Positions 1-13,220 of a stretch of 64,000 nt of DNA are shown one piece after another. Under the pieces are notes generated by a model. It had not been told where the DNA came from, made no database searches, and was given only the letters and a program-made list of their open reading frames with translations. The position numbers were made by a program, and so were the translations under genes. The DNA lies in assembly GCF_036321535.1 (NCBI RefSeq), contig NC_087436.1, positions 32,924,001-32,988,000 on the forward strand. Direction: 5' to 3'. How positions within the stretch are numbered: the first letter of the stretch is position 1; each line of letters starts with the position of its first letter. The DNA is from Camelus dromedarius (Eukaryota).

Positions 1-1639
1 CTTTCTCCTGCCCAGCTTTGGGTGGAGTTGCTAATGAATAGCATGTTGTCTAGAAGGCCAGGAGCCAGAGGGAAAATGAGACATCAGTGGCGAGCAGAAT
101 CCACAATTGGATAATTAACCTCAGAATAATATAGAGAAAACTGTGTGTACATTAGGAAGAGAGAAGCAAATAAACTCCTTTGTGACCCTCGATTTTTAAA
201 AAAATATCTACTCTCTTGTCAGAATTCTTTCATTTAGAAACATGTTTTCTGTGAGTTTCAATGGGTTGAAAACTAGAAATAGATCTTATGTAGTATCATA
301 GTTCATTTGAATAGCAGCCTACTTGTTAGAGTTAGCTGCACTTGGGTTTCACACCTTCCTATATTAACAGCCCACATCATGGCTGGTTTGGTTTGGTTTT
401 GCTACCCCACCATCACCCCAATGGGAGTAAGTGATGCTGTTTACTGTGAAGGGATTCCCTATTGAAAAACAACTGGCACCAGAAAGCCTTTCCTGTGCTT
501 GTGTAAAGGCAGTTAAACATTGTTTTTGCCTCAGCACAGGGTGAAATTCCAAAATACCACAGTGAGAGAAAGCCATGTTTTGTATTTAAGATAAGGGCAG
601 TACTGCATAATCTATGTACACTCAAATGAACACTCTCCCCATTTGAACAGCTGCTCCATAATAAATGTAAATGTGCCATTCCTGCAGAATGTATCCATGC
701 CCAAGCATACCAGTAACATCCCCTTGGAACCTTCTGACATCCACTTCCTTTCTCTTTCTCTTAAACTGGATGAAGAACTCTAGAAACATTCCTGAAGCAG
801 TATGCAGTTATCTCAGGTCTTTGGCTTACAGCCTGATAGAAGCTAGACCATATCTAAATGAGCTCAGAATTCAACAAGTAAGAGACACAGACATTTATGA
901 CATGGAAGAGAAAAATCTGAACATTGAAACTAATTCATAGTCATTAAGTGCAAAATCAGTATGTTAGAGACTTGAGTGGAAGGATTATAAAAAGTTTAAA
1001 TAAAGAGCTGATATTTTAGGCTTGTAAGTAAAAACACACACACATTAAAAAAAAAAGCCCATATACCCCATTGCTGATTTTCTTATTAAAAAATAAACCA
1101 TGATGAAGATCCTCTGATTATGAAAGATGTTTTATTTCTGTGAAATTTTAATAGAATGTAAACTACCTTCAGTAGAAATGCCTGAATATTCCCTATGTTT
1201 CTATTCCATTGACTGTTCCTTGAAAACATAATAACTTCATGAATAATTGGAATAATGGAGAATATATTTATAAATGACCAAACTGAATATGGAAGTAATA
1301 CTTTTCCAAGGCCTCCCCCCCAAAAGGATCATATATAATAACAAAACTTTGAAAAATGGCTTGTTTCACATTATAGATGGTTCTTGACAAAAGCAGAAGT
1401 AGATGATTTTTGAATGGTCACACTGTACTTCTTTGACTACTCTATTATCTATTGCATTATAGACAGTGTAGAAATTTATTTGAAGTGAATGAATTATATA
1501 GGATGGAAAATATGAAGTAGGAGTGAAAACTATAGAGTGTTCCTTCAGTAATTTTTTTGTGAAGTTTTTTGAGGATGAAATAACCAGAGATCTTTTTAAG
1601 TTGGGAAGAACTTGCCTTTTTTTTTTTTTTTTTTTAAAT

Positions 1640-2330
1640 TTAGGAAAGTAGCTGGCACTAAAGGATAGATTGAGGATAGTGGAAGTGGAAGAGATGGTGT
1701 TAAGGAGGACAAAGAGAATGTGGTAGGAAATGAAATTCAAGGTGAAGGAAGGAGAGAAGTAAGGATGAACAAATGACGCAGTAAAGACAGTTAAAGCTTA
1801 GAAGAAGGGAATTTGCATTGGAGGAACTTGATGAGATAGAAAACATCACCTGAGAAAGTGAGCAAGGCCAGACGTGGGGTAAGGGAATTAGGATGGTAGT
1901 GAAAGTTTAGAACTTCCACTTATTATAGAAATGGGAAAGTGACCTAGCCAGAGGAAAATACAAAAATTTAATAATGTCAACTCAGGGCTTCTACAGCTTG
2001 GCCTACAGGTAGAAAATGAGACTGATCTATGACAGAGGCCTTGTCAGGTAGATGTGGCAAGAAGACAAAGAGATGAGGACAAGTGAGGATGCTAATAATA
2101 AAGGCTCTATGATTTGGAGGGAGCTAAATGGGGAAGACAGAAGGTGAGATTCAGCCAAGAGCTCAATGAAGTTCAGTGGGTTTAGTGGGAATGAAGCAAC
2201 AGTTGATGGGAGATTTTCTTCTGAGTAGAATACTGATGTTTAAGGTTTTAGAGGAGGAACTGGGTGATGACAGGGACCCACCAAGATGGTGGGTTGCTTC
2301 CATCCACATTCTCTCACGTGCATATGGAAA
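1640..2330 (-). mobile_element. Highly decayed LINE-2 fragment
   Basis: Purine-rich (GA) texture and motifs typical of antisense L2 body; recalled, boundaries approximate. Confidence 0.45.
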
Positions 2331-2369
2331 ACATCAGGAAGGAGGAGGTTTACATTATCTGCTTCCTTA

Positions 2370-2580
2370 AGGCATCATGGTCCAGCAGACTGGAAAAACA
2401 CTAGAGAGAGTCATGTGGCTCCTGGCCCCACTACTACACAATTCCTGGTCTCTTCTTTGATAAAGTGGGTATGAAAATGTCTATTATATTCCTGTTTCAG
2501 GTATGCTGTGAAGAATAAATTATGTGTGTGCAAGTTCTTTGAAAGCTGCAAAGCACTATATATGCATTGGGTATTGTTAA
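2370..2580 (+). mobile_element. MIR SINE
   Basis: Degenerate core (tcctggccccactact) and tail (gctgtgaagaataaat...aaagcactatat). Confidence 0.55.
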
Positions 2581-4204
2581 GGAACAAGTTTTAAATGTAA
2601 AAGTGACCTCACTGTGAGCTGGGCCAGTTAGGAAATCTTTTAACAGATAAGATAAGGATCTTAATTATTGGAACCTAATTATTTTCAGAATCTGAAGGCC
2701 TACCTTGAGAGTCCTTTGCTTGAACCCTGATTCCTAGCTCTCAATGATCCCCAAGTGATGGTTGAAGGCTTGTTAGAAACTAAAGGAATGAACCTGTAAT
2801 TAAAACCCCACCACCCATTCACTTGACCCGGAGTATTGCTGCTGCCTAGAAGTTCTTGTTTTCATAGCCTGGTTGCTTTACCCTGATGTATAAAGACATT
2901 GGCTTGGATTGAGCCCAGTTTGCCATGATACAGTGGTCACTTTTATTTAGACTTCTTATCTTACTTGAGGTCAGTCACACAGTCTAGTTTCCAGAACTCT
3001 GGTCCTGACTGTCTCCAGGTTTCTTCTTCTTTCTAGCTGATTTGATGTGAAGATTTTAATGTGCCTTATCATAATCCTGTTCCACTGCTGTGGCAGTAGA
3101 AAATGATTGAAATGGTTAAAAAAGACCAAGGAAAAATAACATGGATCACTTTCCTTTTGAGGGAGAGTAAGAATTTAGGTCATAACTTTTTTCAGTCTTC
3201 TTCAAAGTGGGTATTTCAAAACTCTCAGATATAATCAGTTTTACCTGATGTGTAGGTTGACACAGGTATTGCTTGATATATAATACTAATTTTCAAATGG
3301 ATAGAATATTGCAACATTAATTGTCTTAAGGTATATTTTCCAAAGAAATGGGGAAAAAACCTTGTTATGAGAACAAATTTGGGATGAAATCCTAAGAAAT
3401 TTCAATCTTTTATAGATGCCAATGAAAATAAGAACAGTGAGACTTTCTCTGATCTGTTCTTACGGGCAATTTTACATTCATTTGCAAATGTTTACTTCAG
3501 AATAAAACAATTATATTTGGAGAAACATATATGGAGGTTGAAGCCCTGATACTCCATCTCCCTCTTTCAAGCCCCCCTTCTTTTCCTCCCTAACTTACAT
3601 ACATCAGTAGATTCCAGCTGGCTATCTGTACTGAAATGGCTCAGAAGAAGAAAATCCCAATTCAGAAAACTTTCTGTCTGACAAAGCCATGGAGCGATAA
3701 GTCTCTCATAAAAAAAAAAAAAGGCCCAGCCGAGTTTCATGCTGATGAAGAGAAGTTTAGATATCTCTTGGACTTGGATCTAACATCAACAATACCACAA
3801 TTACTAACAGCAAGACCTGTGAAGCTAAACTTTACCTCACTGTCAGCAAAGAATGTGCTTGCTGCAATGTATTAGAGTTTTCTTTGACAAGTTTAAGACA
3901 CCATAATGAAGCAGTTGCATGGGACAGACAGATAAAGTAATCCATCAGATAAATCAGTTTTTTATTCTACTCATGCTTATATTCAAAACCTAAGTCCATG
4001 AGGGAAGTAGGGTGGGGAGAGACTTCTTTGTTACAGTTTTCTAGACAATTTTCTCTTTCTTATAGTTCAAGTCTTTGTTTACATTGTACAATGTGTGATA
4101 AGGCCCAGTACAAAGATTCATAAACTACATAAAGTGCTTTGAAAATGAAACTTTAGGAGTAAAAAGCAATAATTAAAGCAGATTCGTGGGTTTGATATTC
4201 AGCT

Positions 4205-4566
4205 CGACTATGGCCTGAATTGTCTCCCCTCAAAATTCATATGTTGAAGCCTTAACCCCCAGTGTAACTGCTTTTGAAATTACCTGTGAGATGATGAAAG
4301 TTTAATGAGGTCATAACTCTAATCCATCAGGGATGGTACCTATTTATAAGCAGCACTCTCTCTGTGCATACCAATGAAAGGTTGTGTGAGCACACCTAGA
4401 GAAGGCAGCCATTGCAAGCCAGGAAAAGAGCTCTCACCGGAAACGGACTTGCTTGGAACCTTAATCTTGGACTTGCAGTTTCCAGAACTATGAGGAAATG
4501 AATTTCTCTTGTTAAAGCCACCCAGTCTATGGTATATTTTTATGCCATCTTGAGCTGACTAGTACA
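4205..4566 (+). mobile_element. MaLR LTR, MLT1A-like (5' LTR)
   Basis: ctatggcctgaattgtctcccctcaaaattcatatgttgaagccttaacccccagtg start; ttaaagccacccagtctatggtat...gactagtaca end. Confidence 0.85.
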
Positions 4567-5690
4567 GATTTTGGTACTGTGAAATGACGTGCCACTGTAA
4601 CAAATACCTAAAAATGTGGAAGTGGCTTTGGAATTGGGTAATGCGTAGAGGCTAGAGGAGTTTTGAGGTGTGTATTAGAAAAAGCCCAGATTGCTGTGAA
4701 CTGAATATTGGTAGAAATATGGCCATTAAAGGCCGGTCTGGTGAAGTGTCAGGCAGAAATGAGGAACAGATTATTGAATATTGGAGAAAAGACAGTCCTT
4801 GCTACAAAGTGGTGAACAACTTGGCTGAACTGTGTTCTAGTATTTTGTGGAAGGTAAAACTTGTGATCCATGAAACTGGATATATAGCTGAGGATATTTC
4901 AAAGCAAAATTTTGAAGGTGTGGTCTGGGTCCTTCTGTCTCCTTACAGCAAAATGTGAAGGGAGATAAATAAATTGAAGAAGGAGTTAAGTAAAAAGGAA
5001 CCAGAATTTAAAGATCTGAAAAATTCTCAGCTTGTCCCTATTGCAAAAAACCAAGAAAGTATGTTTCAAAGAGAACCCTAAGGATGTAGCTGACTATCAT
5101 TTGAGAAAGAGATTACGATATTATGCAAGCAGGAGCCCTGCCAGTTTGAACTGAAAGGGGACAGAGGTGAGACAAAATGAAAGATGGAGGACTCTTAGAT
5201 TCTAAGTGACGAGGTGTCAGAGCTTTTCAACTGCAGACATGCTTTATCATTCAAGAAAAGGGAAGACCCTGAAGATGATCCAGAAATCATCAGGGCTGCC
5301 ACTCCTACCACATGTCTAATAGACAGGGCTGGCTTCTCCTTCCTCTTTAGTTTTAGAGATCAGAATGTCCTGTCCTCTGCCTCAGGGACAGAGCCCTTGC
5401 AGAGAGCTGAAGGGCCAGAGCTGCCCTCCAGATCCCTGGGTTTGATTCTGCCACTCTAGGGGGTCTACAGGGCAGAATATTGAACTGAGAGGATTACTCT
5501 CAAGCATTTAAATCTAATGGAATTTTCCTTGCTGGGTTTTGGACTTACTTGGTCCATCACTTCTTCCTTCTTTCTGATTTCTCTCCCTGCGTATGATTTA
5601 TCTGGTTTCCCAGGTTCACATCTGGAGAGGAATTTTGCCTGGGGATGAATTATACCTTGAGTCTTCCTGCATGTCTGATTTAGATAATAA
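4567..5690 (+). mobile_element. MaLR internal region (MLT1A-int-like), 3' LTR absent
   Basis: Follows the LTR directly with gattttggtact...aacaaatacctaaaaatgtggaagtggctttggaattgggtaatg. ORF 4668-4958 (WRKDSPCYKVVNNLAELCS) is the MaLR gag-like remnant. Confidence 0.85.
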
Positions 5691-5694
5691 TCGT

Positions 5695-6615
5695 TTTATT
5701 ATATTTTATTTTTTTGCTTTACATATTGTTTTTTGTTTAACTGAAGTATAGTTGACTTACAATAAAATAGTTTCATGTGTATAACATAGTGATTTGAATT
5801 TTTTATAGATGACACACCCTACAGAGTTATCATAAAATATTGACTACATTCACTGTGCTATATATTACATCTCTGTGACTTATTTATTTTGTAATTGATA
5901 GTTTGTACCTCTTAATGCCTTTCACCTATTTTGTCCCCCACTGCACCAATAACCACTAGTTTGTTCTCTGTATCTGTGAGTCTGTTTCTGTTTTGTTTAT
6001 TTGTTTTGGTTTTTAGATTCCACATGAGTAAAAACATTCAGTTACTTGTCTTTCTCTATCTGACCTATTTCACTGAGCAGAATACCCTCCAGGTTCATCA
6101 GTGTTGTTGCAAATGACAAGATTTTATTCTTTCTTATGGCTGAATAGTATACCATTGTGTAAATACACTACATTTTCTTTATCCTTTTATCTGTTGACAC
6201 CTGGAGTATGTGCTCATGTACAAGTTGAGTTGTTTCTTAGTTTTTTAGAGCTTTGTGGGTCTTATGGGCACAAGCCATATTGGCTTTCAGGGATGGGAGT
6301 TTGGGGTACCCTTCCCTCCAGTGGGTATCTTAAAATTTGAAGATGTGGTGTCTAAACCCTTTGCTCCTCAGGGAGAAGCTAAGAGATAGGGGTTCTGTCC
6401 TGATTCTGTGGCACTGTGTCAGGAGCATGATTTCTGGCCAGAACATATCTCAGCCTTCCTTACCATTTTGCTGTGGATATTTCACATTCTTTCAGTGTAG
6501 AAGAATTGCTCAGCTAATTTTTGGATCTTTTTCAGAGGGAGTTGCTCTGTGTGTAGCTGTCCATTTGTGGGAGGAGGGGAACTCAGGAGCCTCCTATGTC
6601 ATCATCTTGGTTGAC
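5695..6615 (-). mobile_element. LINE-1: about 500 bp 3' end joined directly to about 410 bp 5' UTR
   Basis: 5695-6200 is an antisense L1 3' end (T-rich tail, ttagattccacatgag, atggctgaatagtataccattgtgt). 6201-6615 is homologous to the L1 5' end at 34618-34730 (sense CAAGATG..ATAGGA..CCTGAG..ACAGAGCAACT). Confidence 0.75.
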
Positions 6616-6619
6616 TTTC

Positions 6620-7550
6620 TTGAGTGCCTGTTTTGTGTTGTACACTGTCCAGACACTTGAAATACAGAAGTGAATGCCACAAAGTTGTTACCTTATGGAA
6701 CTTATATCCTATTGGAGAAGGCATAATATAATGTCAGGAAATGGTTAGTTCTGAGAAGAAAAGTAGAGCAGGGTAAAGAAGATAGTGAATGACAGGCTGG
6801 GAGGACTGTTTATATAGGATGTTCAGGAAGGTCCTCTCTGAAAAAAGTTGATGTTAAAATAGAGACCTCAAAGAAGTGACAAGGAAGTCATATGGCTTCC
6901 TGCAAAGTACAGCAGCAAAGACCCTGAGACTAGAGCATGACTGATGTGTTAAAAAAACTGAAAGAGACCAGTGCTGGAGGATGGTGAGAGAGGGAGAAGG
7001 TGGCGAGAGGTCACTGAGGCTAGATCATATAAGGCCTATAGGCCATGGTCAGGAGATATATTTTACTCTGTAATGGAAGCCGTTGGACTACCATGTACAT
7101 TAAAAAAAATCACTCTGCTGCATTATGGAGAGTAGGCTTTAGTGTTAGGGAGAGAAAAAAACAGAAGCTGTGAAACTAGACAGGGACTGTTATAATAATA
7201 CATTTTAGAAAGATGGTGGCTTAACTGAGGGTCACCACTTTTCAACCTTGTCTCCTCTCAAGGAACTTAAAAAAATACCAACTCTAAGGCCAAACCCAGA
7301 ACAACTAATAATATTTGTGGGTATGGCCAAGCATTGGTAATTTAAAATCTTCCCAGTGATTTCAATGTGCAGCCAGAGTTGAGAACCACTGTCCAAAGTA
7401 GTAACCGTGAAAGTGATAAGAGCGATTGGACTCTAGCTATATTTATTCATTAGGAGCAATGAGATTTTCTAACTGGTTACTTGTAGGGCGTGAGAACAAA
7501 AAAAGCAAAGGGTGATTCCAAGCTTTTTGGCCTCAGCAACTGGAAAATAG
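6620..7550 (-). mobile_element. LINE-2 3' region, interrupted by a MER5
   Basis: gagtgcctg..tg..cactgt..agacacttga tail; caggaaggtcctctctga, gcaaagaccctgag, aatcactctgctgc, ccaagctttttggcctcagcaactgg motifs. Confidence 0.8.
7228..7391. mobile_element. MER5-type hAT-Charlie MITE
   Basis: Ends cttcccagtgatttcaatgtgcagccagagttgagaaccactg, the MER5 terminus. Confidence 0.75.
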
Positions 7551-7702
7551 TTATATGAGAAAACTTTTACTTAAATTTAACCCAAATCTTTTATTTTCAG
7601 GTAGTTATCAAATTTACTCAAGTGGTAATAGATGGTATCATTTTCTGTAAAATATGCTTTCATATACATTTTGGACAGAAAAATGTATCTGATCTTTTAT
7701 TT

Positions 7703-8337
7703 AATATTCCAGTTTATCAAGATTAGAAAACAGAAACCACACTAGTTATTTTAACAGAGACATTGTGATATGGAAAGCGGTTCATCAGGAGTTAGGCTGA
7801 CTGACAAGGCAAAAAGGAGGCACTTAGAGAACATGAAAGTGATAACTACAGGAAGTAGCCACCATCTTGGGAATGGGGAGATCAAGTGAAGAAGTTAGAA
7901 TCAGCAGAACCTAAAATCTTACAACCCAAGAACTCCAGAACCCTAGAAGCCCAAGATCTGAGAAGAGAGGGGTACACAGCTGCTTTGGAAGGACCCGTGG
8001 AAATGGGACTCAGACCACTAAAGGAAAGGCGCTGCCCACCTGATACTGTTACATTTAAGGTGGTATGGTAAGGCTGATTCTGGGACTGTGGTTAGAACCA
8101 ACTCTTGCTGGAACAAACCTCTGCTGCCGGGGGTGAAGTACAGTTTCAGGAAGAGCAAAAGCAAGAGGAACAAGTTAATACCCTCCCCTTCTTGCCTTCC
8201 AGTTTATTGTCTCTACTGTAGAACTTCGTACTAACTAGAGAAGCAGCTGGCAAAGGGGAAGTACAGTGTGCTGAGCCCCAGTTGCAGCATTATAAAGCAG
8301 AGTATATGAATGTGGAGCTTAATACCTAGTTATAGCC
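7703..8337 (-). mobile_element. ERVL-class LTR (LTR33/LTR79-like), 3' LTR of the adjacent provirus remnant
   Basis: agaaaacagaaaccacactagttattttaacagag start and gaagcagctggcaaagggga motif; abuts ERVL internal sequence. Confidence 0.65.
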
Positions 8338-10430
8338 TACCCCTTTGGCTACTTAACATCCAAACACATCCTCCTACCCATATTTGAACTTCCGTAAACA
8401 GCAGTAATAATTTTAATGCCATAGCCTAACAAGATACAAATAACTGTCATATAAAGGAAGATGCTCTCCCTCTCTCTCCAAAAATAGATCTATGTTCCCA
8501 AAGTTTCAGCATCTGTCCCAGGACAAAAGCTTGATATCCATCACTGGAGGATGTTAATTACCCCTCAATCTATTTGGATAATCTATAGTCAAAGACTAAT
8601 TTGAAAGTTAACCAGAAAAAACAGTCCTTGTATAAAATAATACTGGGAAAGGAGGAAAAAGTACTACTACAACTCTAATTTCTATAAGTGATCAAAAGGC
8701 CATATGTCTTCCTTTGCCTTTAACCAGTACCTCTACTAGTCAATGTTCTTTATCTTGTAGAGTGACCACAATTCTTATTTTCCAAGTGTTTGAATTCTCA
8801 GTGGCCCAGGTTTTTTTTCAATTACTGTAATTTTCCATCAACTTTTACTATTGGACATGGAACTTTTAATGGATGTCCCAGAGAATTCTCTATGTTCTAA
8901 ATATAGTCTTTCCTGTTCCAATTGTATAACAGCAACCTAATTTTCTCTTAATGATCAGAATCTATCATTCCAGCCAATAAAGTAATTCTTATCTTTGTCT
9001 GTTGTTCCAGTGTCATAAGGAGCTCAAAATAACTGGTCTCAACTTTCAATTCCATAGAACCAATGTTTGTTCTCTAGTAGAATCATTTATATCTTGGAAA
9101 CTAAGACTTGCAAGCTAGCATAACTCAAAATTGCTGAGTTCAGAAGTAAAAATTCTCCTAGTGAAGTATTCACTGTAATAGTGAAAGGAGTCACTCTCAC
9201 TTCCCCTTGATTCTCAAATCCATATATTCTAACAATGGGAGAAATAGTTGACTCACAGTATATATGGCATTCTGTAAGACATAATTCATTTCTTTGAGAG
9301 GGTTGTCTGCCAACTGATGCCACAAGCTGGGCTTCAGTTGGCTGTTCTACCATTCTGCCAAGCTGGGTGCTTCTGGGTAATGAGGTAGATATTAGGATCA
9401 GTGAATTCATCAGCATAAGCCCATTGTCATGCTTCCTTTGTGGTTAAATGAGTCCATGACAGTAGCAATGTTATACAGAGTACCGTGATGGTGAATGAGG
9501 CATTCAATATGTCTAATGATGTTGGTGCTGGCAGAATTGTAGACTAGGGAGGCAAATTAATACCTAGAATGTATCTATGCTAGAGAGGACAAACCATGTA
9601 ATGTTACTTATGCAAAAGGTCTAGTGTTTACACTTGCCATCAGGTAGCTGATTGAGTCCCTCAGGGAATAGTGATATCTTGGGGACTCAACCTTCATCTC
9701 TGCTTTTGGCAAGTTACATACTCAAAACTGGTAGACAGATAAACCTCCTTAGTGAAATTTCATGCTGTTGAGCCCATTTTTAGCCTCTATTCTTGCTACT
9801 AAGTCTCTTTCTATGTGTTTTGTTTTGTTTTAGCAAGCACTTAGATGGTGAGTTAAGAGACTGAATGATTAGCAAGTGCTTAGATGGTTAAAGAGACTGA
9901 ATGCCATCCATAAAACATACCATTTGTCTACGGGATTATTAGAGTCTCCTCTGCATGTGATGCTCTTTTGTGAACATTCACATGAAACAAATATCCCCAC
10001 TCTTTGGCCCATTCTGAGAGGTCCTTCCAGCTACTCTTTAGTCCTTGTCATTAATCTTCTAGTGCTGCTCTTTCAAATTACTTGACTGTTGAGCTAGATA
10101 TCTAGCTACTGACCACTTTAGATATGCATTTCTCAGTCTATACAAAATTGAAAACCAGGTGAATTGCTTGAAGTGCTACTCATAAAGAGGATTACCTCAC
10201 CAGTTTCTTTCTGAGCATTGCTAGATGGGTATGTAAATGTAGCAGTCCATTTGCAGGTTGTGATGAAATACTATGCAGAACCATCTAAAAACTGGTTTTT
10301 TTCTGCCTCACTCAGATGATCAAAAGTAATTCCCTATGAAGCATGGCTTGTGGTTTAGGGAAGAAGAGACAATGAAGCAGGAGTAGGTGACATAGGAATA
10401 TGGGTAAAGTCCAAGTGACCACTTGTACTG
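8338..10430 (-). mobile_element. ERVL internal remnant (pol RNase H-integrase region to 3' end)
   Basis: ORF 9087-9416 contains ISPIVRIYGFENQGEVRVTPFTITVNTSLGEFLL, matching the ERV-L post-integrase motif VSPIARIHGSRNQGVEVEVAPLTITPSDPLAKFLL (recalled). Many stops and frameshifts. Confidence 0.85.
9830..9903. repeat. About 38-bp imperfect tandem duplication inside ERVL
   Basis: ttagcaagcacttagatggtgagttaagagactgaatg followed by ttagcaagtgcttagatggttaaagagactgaatg. Confidence 0.85.
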
Positions 10431-11186
10431 AAGCTTGGTTCTGCTGCAGAGCTTTTTATTACTCCAGGCTCCACTTACAGCTGACAGCCTTTGAGGTTGC
10501 TCGATAAATGGGTCTCAGAGTGTGCTCAAATATGATATATATTGCCTCCAAAATCCAAACAGACCCATCAAGCATTGTACCTCTTTTTAAATAGTAGGTG
10601 GGTTCAAGGTTCAATATCTTGTCTTGCACTTTGGAGGAAATCTACCAATATATTCTGGTACCTCCTGAAATGGCTAAAAGGTAATAGGCTCCTGCATTTT
10701 CATTTACAAATGAAAAATTTTCTGTGCCAGCCAAGAGATTTTAAGCTGCATAGCTCCTCTTTAAAGTTGCAGTGTTTCAGGGGTAACATAAAGCACTGGA
10801 TTACTCAGCAAATAGATTCTACAGGATTTAACTTTTTTTTTTTAATGAAATAGTTAAGTGGCTAGTGATGGGAGTTGTACAATAGGGAAGCACCCAGTGA
10901 GTATAGAAATTACACAGTATGCCTCCAGACTCTACCCATGCCCATTCTTTGCTTATTGCAGATGGCACCCGTTCGCCAGATCATGGCCCTCTTTCTGAGC
11001 CTGAATGTTTTCTCTAACATCAACACAGGGATTAAACAACCCAACCAACTGATAAGAATTGAAACCAGTTGGCCATTCCATAAAACTCCTGCATGAGAAT
11101 CACTAGAATGTTTGTTAAAAATTTCCTGGGCCCACATTAGTGCTTGTTCAATAAGAATGACTAGGATAAGGATTTTATAGTTTAAC

Positions 11187-11687
11187 TGATAGTGATGTAC
11201 AACATATTAATGACCCTCAGGTTGACTAAACTCTAGGTTTGTGTGTTCCTGATATAGGCTCCTATCTCCCTTTTCTTGAAGCATTCACTATAGAACATTT
11301 GTAATTGTAAATTTATTCTCTGCCCCTTTGATATATAATCTTCTACCAGCCTCTTGCCAAATTGAAAGTCCAGGGATGTCTTTCTCAAGGACCTAGGACC
11401 ATCTTCTTTAAATGTAATCATCAAAAAAGAGAGCACCCATATCTCTCAGACTGTGCGGGAGGGTGGGAATCTAATGTCCATAAGAACTAATTAGCAATAC
11501 AGATGATTTAATCATACTGCCAACCTCCTCAATAATGTCCTCCAGTGATTTTTCCATTAGCTCACCATAGGGCTTAAGTAGTCTTCTGCCTTGTGTTTCA
11601 GCAGAGTTGAGTTCAGTCTCTCTCCCGTATTGTAATAGTCTTGAATAAAATCTTTGGTTGTTTAACTTGTGCAATTTTTCTTTGATG
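11187..11687 (+). mobile_element. ERV1 solo LTR, MER67/MER31-like
   Basis: gatgtctttctcaaggaccta, aattagcaatacagatg, gagttgagttcagtctctctccc...cttgAATAAA (11644-11649), ending gtgcaatttttctttga. Confidence 0.8.
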
Positions 11688-12939
11688 GTTCCACAGGTAA
11701 TTTTATTAATATTCAAATACTACAAGAAAAACATCACTAGATTGTGATAAGTAATCTTAAGAGAATTAAGCAATTATTAACAAACACACAGAAAATCCTC
11801 CACAAGAACCATTTACTGTTTCTGACCCATTATTAGCAGAGATTTTTCAATGGGAAGGTTTTGGCAAAGTGAAAACTCTTGTTTAGTAAACCTGTCAGTA
11901 GGTGCCCATATTTGTGAGAAGGCTGGTTAGGGCAAGTAGTGAAGTCTGTGGTAATGACTCAGAATGATGCTAATAAACATATAAATGAGATATTACTGTA
12001 AGAGTAGAACAGGCTTATAAAAATATTAGAATAAATTATCAGCACCCAAACTTTGCCATATTATCTTATAAGATCAGTTACTTTCCGTATCTTCTGAGGA
12101 AGGTTACTCCTGGTAGAACATGTCAGCATTCTATTATGTGGGAGCTGCTCTATCCAGTATAAAGGATCTCAGCCCTTCTTATATGAATGTACAAATGGTA
12201 GCCATCAAGCTGCATGCTCAGAGGTTTTGGTGGGAGATGGCAGAATAAAATTGTTGTATGGACCTTTCAGGCTATCTCAGCACCCTTTCATTAATGTGAC
12301 CAGAGTCAACAAGGAGGGTGATCTTCTATAGGTCACTCAGTGTCTCTGGGCATTAGTTTATTTTTTTATTTGTAAAGTAAAGGAGGCTTAATTCACATTG
12401 TAAATATTTGTGTGCATTTTGACTTCTCACTTCCCAATCTGTTCTCTCAATGCAAGTCAATGGTTCAGTGATTCCATGAGTCTGTGAAACAGGATTGTTT
12501 TTGATGTGGTTTCAGTATTTGCATAACCTAAGAATCCAAAACCTTGAGTTCAGTAAGAATTATTCCATTCCCCTGGAATATTTTACCCACTTTTTCTTCC
12601 TCACGTGCTGGCCATATTGTTTTTAGGTGATTAAGTCAGATGCACCATTTGGATTATAATCAGGACTATTAAAGTGATGATGGATATTGAACAACTTGAG
12701 GATGGAAGAAAAATGTCTTTCATATGTGCTCAGTTTTGTCCTATTATATGTAGGAGTTTAATACTGCTATTTGGGTTTTTTTTTTATAGCAGAAATTACT
12801 TGAAATTCTATTTGCTTCTTTCTTAGTGTAAAAAATTTTTGTAATCCATATTAATGTTCATGGCTATCAGTGTTTTCTGGATATAATTATACATAAAACT
12901 AACCGTAATCTCAGGGGCATTTTTTCTTTCTTTCTTTCA

Positions 12940-13220
12940 CCTGTTTAAATACTAGTATCATAAAGATTAGCTGAATGCCTGTTCTGTGGCTCTGCTAAGT
13001 GCTGAGGATACAAAAATCAAAAAGATGTAGCAAATAACTACAATATAGGGGTGTAAGTGCTAATAGAGCTAGGCACTAATTATTAAAGGAGTAGTAAGGA
13101 TGGTATGATGACTTCATGGGGGAAGGCAGAGTTTTGTCTGGGAGAGCTTCAGAGAATGTGATATTTGACCTGACTCTTGTGCAAAGAGCAGGGGTTTGCT
13201 ATTTGGAAAAAGAAAAAAAA
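12940..13220 (-). mobile_element. LINE-2 3' end
   Basis: ctgaatgcctgttctgtggctctgctaagtgctgaggatacaaa; taagtgctaatagag; agagcttcagagaatgtgatatttgacctga. Confidence 0.6.
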
